DNA from: a virus
DNA: 64,000 nucleotides
Direction: 5' to 3' (one strand)
Virus record (IMG/VR): IMGVR_UViG_3300009164_000064
Coordinates: 8,526 to 72,525 of that record
Shown here: positions 45,218-54,800 of the stretch, one piece after another
Position numbering within the stretch: the stretch's first letter is position 1
How the letters are laid out: every line of letters begins with the position of its first letter
Notes under the pieces: model-generated
Database searches by the model: none
Seen by the model: the letters and a program-made list of their open reading frames with translations, nothing else
What the model was told of the DNA's origin: nothing
Translations under genes and position numbers: made by a program

Positions 45218-47206
45218 TTAGCCTCCTATTCCGACGATTAATGGAAGAACAATGTTTTGCACACCACGAGAGAAAGCTTGTCCTTCAATAACGCTTCTTT
45301 CGAAATCTACTCTGATATCTTCACCTAGATATGTATCACCTTGTTCTGTGGAGAATGTAGCAAACACAACACCACCATCTGACTTGTATATAGCAGTCTT
45401 AGGATCAGGGGCTTGAGACGTACCACGTTGTGAATATGGAAGTGAATTGTAGTTAACACCAGAACCAGCATATGAGAACTGTTCGCCTGATGCTTCAATA
45501 CGTGAACGGAATGTAGTGACATATGGAGTGACGTTTGCAACAACAGTTGAAATTAGTGAAAGTAATTCACCCACCATAGTTGTAGAACCAGTTTCACCGC
45601 CAAAATATCCTGATGATCTTGCTACAATTTCTTGACGAAGTTGTTCCCAACAATCAATATAGATTTGTTTATATGCTGTATTAGCAATAAATTCTACTTG
45701 ACCATTAACTGAATTTGATGAAAACAAACCATATGTAAAGTAAGTTGCGCCCTTATCTTGTCCGCTCTTTAGATCGTCTACTAATTCATTAATCAGTGTG
45801 CGTGTGTCACGGCTAGTAAGGTTTGCTAACGCAGAAGTATTTATATAAGTATTATAGTTATTAACTGTTGGATACCTTGTTGTCATCAAATTAGATACGA
45901 TACTATCGATATCGTTGTTGACATAATTAGCAAAGACAGGAGCAGTTTTTAAATTACTTGGATTTAAAACACCATTAATTTTAACAGCATAACGGAAACT
46001 TGTAGCTGCAAAGGCATAGTCACCAAATGAACAGTTTGAGTTAGTAATTGTTACCTGACCACCAAGGTGGGTCCATACACCAACTCTTGACCAGTTGGTA
46101 AATACAGAAACCAACTGTAGAATAGCATCATTAACAATAGCGTAACCAACACCATTAGGATTAATTGCTGTGAAAGAGTCAACAACGATTGATCTTAGTG
46201 GACTATCTGGATCAAGAACTGAAGCATCAGCATAGATGTTGCCTTGACCTACAGGCACAAAAGGATTGCCAGTATTACGATCAATTGGTGCAGTCATTTG
46301 ATTGTAAGTAAAATTATGAATTGATGAGCAGTCTGCTATGTACGGTGAGCGAGTGATAATCGCACCAGGATTAAATGCAAACGCATAACCCTTCTTTGGT
46401 GGACCACTAACAGCATCAACATCCATCGTAGACCATATGGCCTTTTCATGCTTCATGCCGCTAAATGAGAAACCACGAACCTTGATACCACTATTAACAA
46501 GGAACATATTGTTCTGTTCTTGACCAGCAGGTAATCTTAGTGTGGTTACACGAAGATCATACCCATATAGCGCACAATTTTTTGGAATTACTGTATTTGG
46601 TTGAACTTCATATTCACCTGGGTGAACAACAACAATACACGATTCGCCAGTAGCGGCAGCAGCAGTCAGAGCAGCGCCAATGGTTGCCTTTGACTTATAC
46701 AAGCTTGTGCCACTGTGAGTATCATTACCACCCATAGTAACGTAGAATGTGCGCTCAATTGATTTGTTAGGTGTGATTTGTGATAGTAGTGCTTGAAGGA
46801 TGCCAGTATTTGACCATGATCCTGTACCAGAACCACCAACCTTTAAATAAAAGTCATTTTTTAATACTGTAGGATCGTTATATACTAAGGCAAGTGAATC
46901 AGCAGCATAATAGAGATTAGCATTTAAAACTGAGGTATTAGCAACAAACCAATCAACTTGTCCAAGACCAGCAGCAGAAAGCACATCAATAGCCGATTCA
47001 AGACCATTGACTTTTGGAATATCTATGTTACCGACAATAATCTTACCAAGCTTGTCAACAGCAAACTTACTGAAACCTGCAATTTGCAAGTCAATAAGTC
47101 GTGAGTTAACAGCAGAGTTAATGTCCGATACATCCATTTTAATAGCGGTATACTGGAGACTGTTGTCATTCCATGTATCCGTCATACCATAAATTTTAGT
47201 TGACAC
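45218..47206 (-). CDS. Virion structural protein with pectin-lyase-like beta-helix domain
   Basis: FYVTMGGNDTHSG...TIGAAL, VHPGEY, RSPYIADCS, QLVSVFT and TNSNCSFGDY motifs; GTG start with GAGG RBS. Confidence 0.65.
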   Translation of the reverse strand: MSTKIYGMTDTWNDNSLQYTAIKMDVSDINSAVNSRLIDLQIAGFSKFAVDKLGKIIVGNIDIPKVNGLESAIDVLSAAGLGQVDWFVANTSVLNANLYYAADSLALVYNDPTVLKNDFYLKVGGSGTGSWSNTGILQALLSQITPNKSIERTFYVTMGGNDTHSGTSLYKSKATIGAALTAAAATGESCIVVVHPGEYEVQPNTVIPKNCALYGYDLRVTTLRLPAGQEQNNMFLVNSGIKVRGFSFSGMKHEKAIWSTMDVDAVSGPPKKGYAFAFNPGAIITRSPYIADCSSIHNFTYNQMTAPIDRNTGNPFVPVGQGNIYADASVLDPDSPLRSIVVDSFTAINPNGVGYAIVNDAILQLVSVFTNWSRVGVWTHLGGQVTITNSNCSFGDYAFAATSFRYAVKINGVLNPSNLKTAPVFANYVNNDIDSIVSNLMTTRYPTVNNYNTYINTSALANLTSRDTRTLINELVDDLKSGQDKGATYFTYGLFSSNSVNGQVEFIANTAYKQIYIDCWEQLRQEIVARSSGYFGGETGSTTMVGELLSLISTVVANVTPYVTTFRSRIEASGEQFSYAGSGVNYNSLPYSQRGTSQAPDPKTAIYKSDGGVVFATFSTEQGDTYLGEDIRVDFERSVIEGQAFSRGVQNIVLPLIVGIGG

Positions 47207-47253
47207 TCTTGCTTCCTCTTATCTTTATTCTTTATGTATTTATTAAACCTAAA

Positions 47254-47622
47254 TCAAACATTTGGTGCTTTTGGCCAAACAACTTCATTTGGATCAGAAA
47301 AACTTGTTGTAATGTCTCGTAACGCTTGTCTATATTCAGCCCATGCTGTTTTGTTTCCCGGCCAATCTGGCATTTGAGTATAATCAGACTGTGAAAGCAA
47401 CTTGTTTCTAGTTTTCCTAATCATTCCCCAAGAAGCTTGATGTTGTCTTGGTTTGAGAACTAATTCTCCATCTTCAAGAACTAGGATATTTCCTTCTTCA
47501 TTCATACTAAAAAGAAAGTGTTTATATTCATCTTCTGTAATCTCAATTGCATCATCAGGAATTGGAACCCCTGCTTCACTATTATAAAATCCCTCACTAC
47601 TCACACTAAAATAAATTGTCAT
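47254..47622 (-). CDS. Tail fibre assembly chaperone
   Basis: YFS...GFY...IPDDAIEIT and IRKTRNKLLSQSDYTQMPD...WAEYRQALRDI...VVWPKAP. Confidence 0.85.
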   Translation of the reverse strand: MTIYFSVSSEGFYNSEAGVPIPDDAIEITEDEYKHFLFSMNEEGNILVLEDGELVLKPRQHQASWGMIRKTRNKLLSQSDYTQMPDWPGNKTAWAEYRQALRDITTSFSDPNEVVWPKAPNV

Positions 47623-47625
47623 AAA

Positions 47626-49023
47626 TTAAAAGCCCATTGCAATCCACCAAGCAGTTGTGTTTACGTTTTCTGTTGTCCAAGTTTGGAAGTATGAAGACCC
47701 TACTGTGATTACTGTGGTTGAGTTTTCTGAAGCACTATTATCACCAACTTTAACGCCACCAGAAACAGTCACAGCAACATTTATAGTAGAGAATACTTGA
47801 GGAAAATATACAATTCCATAACTATCTTGCTTTGATGGCATTGATCCCCATTGTAATAGCATTCCATTTGGTAGTTTTACCCAATTTCCAGTACTTCCTG
47901 TTGTACTACCAACACCCACACCAGTACCAGTAGTAAAATCAGATAGCTTTACGTATGAATCGCTTGGAATTAAAATTTCTTTGGCATTAATTGTACCATT
48001 TGATCCAAGTGTGATAGCATTCGTACCAGACTTGTTGCCGCTATAAACCTTAACACCATTTGTGAAGCGATGTGAAGAGAAGCCATCATTTAGATCGACA
48101 ATATCGCCATCACCAGAGATAATAATACCGCCACCAGAAGCATTTCCAGTTGATACAGTTAAGCTTCCTGATAGTGAGGCAGCAGTAGCAGAAAAACCAC
48201 TAGTACCAGACCATGACCATAGACCAGTACTGTCTACTGTGGCTGTACCATATGTGGTTGAGCCAAGATAATCAGTTACTCTAAACTTTGCATTACCTCC
48301 ATTGGCACCACGAAGATTCAAACCACCTATAGTTCCTGTTGCAGGAGTAAATGATTCAATATATCCAGCAGTACGGAATGCAGTGCCATTGAGAGAAAAG
48401 GTAGGATCACCAGTAATAGAATATGATGCTGCCGACAATGTGGTAAATGCACCAGTATTAGCAACAGAAGAGCCGATACCAGCAGGAGCCGCCCATGTCT
48501 TTGATAAAAGCGTTGCAGAATTAGCAGAATTAAGTGTAGAAATGTATGTTGGATCAACAGAGACACCAGCAGCACCAACTGTAATACCTGTGCTTGCTCT
48601 CACTGAGAGATTACCATTCATTGTTACATCGCCAATTATACCATCACCACCCTGTACTCTCGTAACAGTACCAAGACCAGCGTCAGTCCAATATAGACCA
48701 GTTGTACCAATAGCTAAAATTTGGCCAGTTGTTCCGATTTTATTATTGGCAATGATCTTGATAGATGGACCAAAGGTAAATGATGTTGTATTGGCATAGA
48801 TACCATCACCAACTTGAAAAGAAGCTGATGAGTAAAATGTGTTTGTATTAAACCTGCCGTATAGAGTAGAGTTACGATTATTAGTAGGCGAACCAGTAAC
48901 ACCACTAGTGCTATTAGCAGTGAGAACTTCACTAGAAAATGCTTCTAAAAGTTGATTGGTACGTGCAATCCACGAACCAAATGTATCTACCTGAATGTCA
49001 ACATTTGCGACTTGTCTAGCCAT
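47626..49023 (-). CDS. Tail fibre protein with gp53-like C-terminal tip domain
   Basis: N-terminal DTFGSWIARTNQL anchor; C-terminal WVKLPNGMLLQWG...FPQVF...WWIAMG; followed by its chaperone. Confidence 0.8.
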   Translation of the reverse strand: MARQVANVDIQVDTFGSWIARTNQLLEAFSSEVLTANSTSGVTGSPTNNRNSTLYGRFNTNTFYSSASFQVGDGIYANTTSFTFGPSIKIIANNKIGTTGQILAIGTTGLYWTDAGLGTVTRVQGGDGIIGDVTMNGNLSVRASTGITVGAAGVSVDPTYISTLNSANSATLLSKTWAAPAGIGSSVANTGAFTTLSAASYSITGDPTFSLNGTAFRTAGYIESFTPATGTIGGLNLRGANGGNAKFRVTDYLGSTTYGTATVDSTGLWSWSGTSGFSATAASLSGSLTVSTGNASGGGIIISGDGDIVDLNDGFSSHRFTNGVKVYSGNKSGTNAITLGSNGTINAKEILIPSDSYVKLSDFTTGTGVGVGSTTGSTGNWVKLPNGMLLQWGSMPSKQDSYGIVYFPQVFSTINVAVTVSGGVKVGDNSASENSTTVITVGSSYFQTWTTENVNTTAWWIAMGF

Positions 49024-49210
49024 AATTCTTCCCGTTTAATACTTGTTTAAGTAAATTTTTGACTTCAGTGAGTTCGCATTCTAACGAATACATTTTTTCT
49101 TGAAAGCTTTCCGCTTTCTTTTTTTCCTCACGTCTCGACAAAATCATTTTATAATAGTTATCATCTTTATTTATGATAGCGCCAGTATTGTCATCTCTCA
49201 TGAATGTCAT
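49016..49210 (-). CDS. Conserved small coiled-coil protein
   Basis: RDDNTGAIIN motif followed by coiled coil, as usually seen after DUF4815 genes; overlaps both neighbours. Confidence 0.75.
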   Translation of the reverse strand: MTFMRDDNTGAIINKDDNYYKMILSRREEKKKAESFQEKMYSLECELTEVKNLLKQVLNGKNYG

Positions 49211-51834
49211 GCTGATACGCCTAATACTTGGATTTGATCAATCTTTGGCACAACAAATGTTGAGTCTGATAGGAATACAATTTTAATTTGCATTGAATCA
49301 AAACTATCAATTTCAACAAGTCCATTGTTATAATATCTTGAAATATTATTATTCATTGGATTATTAAAAGCAATGTTTGGATATTTCATCTTTGCAATTG
49401 ACATACCATTACTGGAAACACTATTGCTTGTTATAACCGATCCAAGAATAATTGATGTATCTTTTACTTCCTTGGCCACTGCAATTGTATAGTTTTCTGG
49501 AAAAATTGAGCTATAAATTTTGATTACGTCATTATTAGCAAGATATGCTTTTGGATTAACACCATATGCTAATGCTGTATTACTTCCAAATGTTGTTGAA
49601 AATACACCGAGAACACTAATACCTTCTGAAGACGATGGAAGACCCAATTCATATTCAATGAAATTGTTTTGGTCTTCACTTGAGCTATATGTGTTAATGC
49701 TTGTTATGTATTCAAGTGGTGTCCATGACTTATCATCAAATGGTTCTGGGTCTTGTGAATTGTAAACTTTAGCATATACCTTGATATCTGTTCCTAGTGG
49801 ACGATATGCTGTCATAAACATACGAATGTCTTCAGCGAAATGTTCTTTGGTGAAATCTATCTTTTTGGCAATATGTCGTGCAACAGCAATACCATTACCA
49901 TTAACTTCACTGTCAATTAGAACACCATTCGAAGTTACAACATAAGTATTTGAAATTGTGTTCTTCATTGAGTACAAGTCAATTTGACCACCTTCGATAG
50001 AAGGTGATGTATAATAATTTGAATCAGCAGCGTTCAATTGAAGATGAGCATCAATTTTAATAGACTTATTATTTAACAATAGTGATGTATTGCTGTATAG
50101 ATTATTATTTAAAATTTCTTGTGAGCGAGAAAGAATATGTGCATCATACTTATTAAGATTTTTTACACGAATATCGTTAATTTCAACTCTTTCGTTTTTG
50201 TTTGAAAAGCTATATGCGTCACCAGATTTAGCAGCAGCAGCAAAGTTGATATCAATCTTACCAGCAGCAGGTGTTTTAATATCACCCTTAATTTTAATTC
50301 TATCAATTGATAAAGTATCAATTGAATAGATGTTAGCCGATGCATTTGAATCAATGCCAATAATGGTATTGTTTATATCAAAATATAAAGTATTTGCTGT
50401 TGAGTAATTCAAGTATAGCTTATTAGCCAATTCATCCTTGTAGTATACCTTACCAACAACAGTCTTAAGATAACTAGAGCCAGTATTTGTAAATGGAACA
50501 GGATTCTTCATTACCATGGATGTGTTGTTTGATACAGACTTAACAAACACAACTTCTTTCTTTGTGCCATCTCCAAGAACAACAATTGGATCACCTTCTA
50601 CAAGTGTGGTAAAGTTTGTACCAATACCATTAATAACGCTTGAGCCTCTTACTACTGATATCAGACCGCTGTTGTATGCATTATTCTTGTATACCCATTC
50701 ACCACCAATGAAATTGCCTGTGCGACCTTCAATTGTGAAGAATTCATAGTTGGCATTAACAAATGTCTTGGTTGTCTGAGTTTCAGTATACTTTGCAGCA
50801 TTGATCTTGAATTTAAGATCGGTATCAGATAATGCCTTGAACACATCTGAGTTGTTTTTCAAGTACATTTTGCCGTCCTTCACGATATTACTACCAGGCG
50901 AAGGGTTATTGGTACCTACAATCTTGTCTCCTGTTTTGTTTACCCAGAATTCATATGAAGGATCATCACATGAGATTACGATACCATAGAACTTACCTGT
51001 GGCAAGCTTAACTGGCTTATTGAAACCAAAGGTGACAGAAGTAGAAGCATCGCCAAAGGCATATACTTCATCATATTCTTTTCGTGAAATAGATTCTACG
51101 TAGCACTTTGAAAGAACTGGTTGATCATTCTCAACATCACAGATTTTTACGGTAATACCTGGTTTTAGATTACCAGAAATGTTTTTTGATGGATTTGGTT
51201 TTGCCTTAACATAAAGCTCAATTGATGTAATTGATACTTGGCTTGACTTACCGACGATATCAGGATCGGCATAGAATGTTTGAATAATATTATATTCTGG
51301 TGTGGTAAAATAGTCAGTTGCCGAAGTTGATGTTGATGTTGCTGTTACAACAGGAGTATTCTGTAGAGCAATCTGACCAGCAACTGGTGTCTTTTTAAAG
51401 TAGACATACATGGCTTCACGAACATATAACGGAAGATTAATATTAACAGTAGCAGTTGAAGAATTGTCTGTAGTCTTTACAGTAAGAACTTTTGGACCAG
51501 CAATGAGTGAAGCAATCGCAGCAGCCTTTTCAATATCCGTTGTTGGAATGATTGAAGGCGAGAAGTAAAAAGTAAATGTAATCATACCATAAAGATTTGA
51601 TAACAGACCTTCACCCAATAGGCGACTGTCTTGCTTACACATACTTGTAACATCTACTCCCTCAAGATATACTTTGTGAACTGTGCCGGGTTTCAGACCA
51701 TATACAGAAGTCTGAATTGCCTGTTCAGCAAGGATATAATTCGAGTTGATAAACTCTGTAGGAAACACATTAGGAATACCATAGATTCCTAAGTTGTAGT
51801 AGTAGTACAGTGAGTTTAAAATATTAATAGTCAT
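49207..51834 (-). CDS. Virion structural protein, C-terminal part of a DUF4815/VrlC-like protein
   Basis: GLKPGTVHKVYLEGVDV, IIQTFY..VSITSIELY, DLKFKINAAKY, YRPLGTDIKVYAK and FDSMQIKIVF. Confidence 0.7.
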   Translation of the reverse strand: MTINILNSLYYYYNLGIYGIPNVFPTEFINSNYILAEQAIQTSVYGLKPGTVHKVYLEGVDVTSMCKQDSRLLGEGLLSNLYGMITFTFYFSPSIIPTTDIEKAAAIASLIAGPKVLTVKTTDNSSTATVNINLPLYVREAMYVYFKKTPVAGQIALQNTPVVTATSTSTSATDYFTTPEYNIIQTFYADPDIVGKSSQVSITSIELYVKAKPNPSKNISGNLKPGITVKICDVENDQPVLSKCYVESISRKEYDEVYAFGDASTSVTFGFNKPVKLATGKFYGIVISCDDPSYEFWVNKTGDKIVGTNNPSPGSNIVKDGKMYLKNNSDVFKALSDTDLKFKINAAKYTETQTTKTFVNANYEFFTIEGRTGNFIGGEWVYKNNAYNSGLISVVRGSSVINGIGTNFTTLVEGDPIVVLGDGTKKEVVFVKSVSNNTSMVMKNPVPFTNTGSSYLKTVVGKVYYKDELANKLYLNYSTANTLYFDINNTIIGIDSNASANIYSIDTLSIDRIKIKGDIKTPAAGKIDINFAAAAKSGDAYSFSNKNERVEINDIRVKNLNKYDAHILSRSQEILNNNLYSNTSLLLNNKSIKIDAHLQLNAADSNYYTSPSIEGGQIDLYSMKNTISNTYVVTSNGVLIDSEVNGNGIAVARHIAKKIDFTKEHFAEDIRMFMTAYRPLGTDIKVYAKVYNSQDPEPFDDKSWTPLEYITSINTYSSSEDQNNFIEYELGLPSSSEGISVLGVFSTTFGSNTALAYGVNPKAYLANNDVIKIYSSIFPENYTIAVAKEVKDTSIILGSVITSNSVSSNGMSIAKMKYPNIAFNNPMNNNISRYYNNGLVEIDSFDSMQIKIVFLSDSTFVVPKIDQIQVLGVSA

Positions 51835-51852
51835 TGCTCTAACTTAACCTTT

Positions 51853-54800
51853 TTACTTTAAATTATATGGATAATTGTAATACGGTAATACATAACCGTG
51901 ACCAAGATATCCCCAATATGATTGGATATAGTTTATATATGGGTTGCGTAATAGAAGGTTAATTTCTGTGTCAGTTGGATACATTAACTTATAGCCAAAT
52001 GTACCTGATTTACCTTCACCTCCAAATAAACCACCACCATGTTTCTTACCCTTATACACTCTTACCTTATAGTATTGACCTTTGCTTGTATTATGTGCAA
52101 ACAAAATTTTAAATTGATCTTCAAGGAAACCGCCAACTGGACCATAGTTCTTTCTTTCGAGAGAACCCGGATGCTCAATTTTTCTATTTCCATTCAAGCT
52201 TAGTTGACGATTTGTTATATCAGCATTAGTAATTGCTAAAGCATCAGATGATGATTTTACTGAAATCCATGGACCATCAGAAGTCTTGCTCTGGAAAAAT
52301 TCAACAGCAATATTGTTATCACGTGAGTTAATATAAAATTCAACTGGACCAGTTAATGAAGAGAAGGTATAAAAGAATTCTTCATAGACATATGGTGAAC
52401 TATCGCTATTTGCACGGTTACGCTCATATTGTACCACACTAGCAATTGTTTGTGTTACGGTTGGAATTGGTGGAACTGTTACTACAGGACCATCAGTAGC
52501 ACGTGTCTGACCAGTAAATAAAATTTCATTATACGGTAGCTCTAGAGTTGAATCAGGAGACTCTGTAATAATGTTGATTTCGCTTAATGGTGGTGATAGA
52601 TAACCATCAACAATTGTTGCTCTGTATGCAGGGTTTGATACGTCTGCATATTTATAGTCCTCGAAACCATCTACAAAGAAGCCAAACTTAAAGCGATCAA
52701 TACCATCAAAACCGGGGATTGCACGTTTCTGAGCGATTGCTTCAGTAAGAGTCAATGATGTATAATATTCTAAGTCTTGAATTCTCTTTTCAAGCTTACC
52801 AATTTGCTCCATGGTATAACCACGTGGTTGTGTGATAAGCTTATCAACCGCAGTTAGTGTAGTCTTAATTCTGTAGTTATCAAGACGCTTAGCAGAATAT
52901 TTTTCATTTGCAATCTTTGTATCAACAATTGCAACAGTACCTGATGATAGTTGATATGGAACTGAAGGATATGGTGGAACCTTTAGAAGATTAATCGTAA
53001 GTGAATTATCTGGTTGTGTTGGTTCAATGTTAGTTCCAACTTGACCTTTAATAATGTGAAACTCATTTGTTTCATCAATTACAACACGATCAATACGACC
53101 TTGATAATACTCTACAGTTGAAGTCAACTGTGAATCTGGTGCAGGGAATAGCTTGTTTGTTGTATTGGCAAAACGTAGACCAGCAGTTTGTTCTAATGGA
53201 TTAATTGGTGCATTAAGTGGACTGGTGCTTGGAGTTGCAGTTTTATTTGAGTATGGGCGGAAGTCAAATTGATCACGTAGATCGTAATATTTTCCTCTAT
53301 TGCCATATACTTCAGGAATTTCAAGAGTATTAATTGTTGTTGCAGATTGAGCTAGTGTGATGGTATCATCAATCAAGTATGTACCAGAATTGCCGCCAAT
53401 CTTCACACCTTCGCTTGTTACTGAGAAGTAATCAATAGAAGCTAGAAGAACATCTGTGTTAGCAATTGTTAAATATGAATTTGGCTTTTGAACTAAGTAT
53501 GAAATACCATAGAAGTCTTCGTTCTGGTTATGATCAACATAAAAGTATTGTGTTACGTCTTCAGCAATTGCGTCAGTTGGAACAAAAGTTGTGTTTGCAT
53601 TTGCTCTGTAAACCTTATTGAGGCGGAATACGTCAGGCACACCTAACGCCCATGGACCGTCATTCTTATCTACGTTTGAAGCAGTATTGATACGAACATA
53701 CCTGTTTCTGTTTACAGTTTTACCAACAGCCGCTGCTGATGACCTTACGTTATATGAAACAGAAGTCTGAACAGCGACATTGGTTGTCATGTTCATTGTG
53801 ACTGTCAGAAGCCTATTAGTTCCGTCAACAACCATTGTTCTATCAGAACGATCAAATGAGATTGGAACATTCTTAGGGAATATTAGACCATATGTGCCAG
53901 TAGTAATACCAGTAGCAGCATTTGATACTAGAACTAGTTGTGTGGAGTTGGCAATATAGCTAACTTGACCTAGATAGCCAGTACTTACGGTTAGGAAGTC
54001 GCCAGCACGAAGTTCTGTAGTAAAGTCAGCAGAGCCGCCACCGTTAACAAATGTTGAATTTACGTTTGAACTAACATTACCCAAAAGGTCAGTACTATTC
54101 TTGAATGTTGCAAGTGGAGTGATGATCACATCTCTTTCCTGCACACTATTGAGTGATCCGGTATAAGGAAATGCACCATCACCAAGAGAGATTGTCATCT
54201 GACCAGTTGTGGCAAGATTATAAGTATTAACAGTACGATATATGTATGAAACATTATTTGCCTTCTTCACGGCTGGATTACCAGCATAGAAGATAAGTGA
54301 AGAAATGTCATTATCCTTAAGAACAGCATTACCGTTCTCTAGAACGATATCAGCAATACCCTTGTTTACGCCATCATAAAATATTGAACGTAGATTAGAA
54401 AAGTTTGTACCTACAGATAGATTGATATCAAATAGATAAATTCTATATGTACCAGAAGCACTACCGACTGTTCCAGAATCATATACGACTGAGCGAATAC
54501 GTGCTGTACCAACAGCAACAGCAGGTGGAATAGGAGTTGCACCAGCACGACCAGCAGTATAGTACTGATATGGAAGATTATGTAGAGTTACAAGATCACC
54601 ATAGTTAAATTGAAAATTTCCACAATACTCTTTAACAGTGACATAGTTACCATAGTTTAATGAAATGTTTGCAGGATTGGCTGAGTAGAAGTCAGTACCT
54701 TTATCAACGCCAATTTCATAGTTGTTATTTGTTGATACACGTTTACCATTGATGTATGCCACACCAGGGTCAATAATTATATTAAATTGTGATGCTTCAT

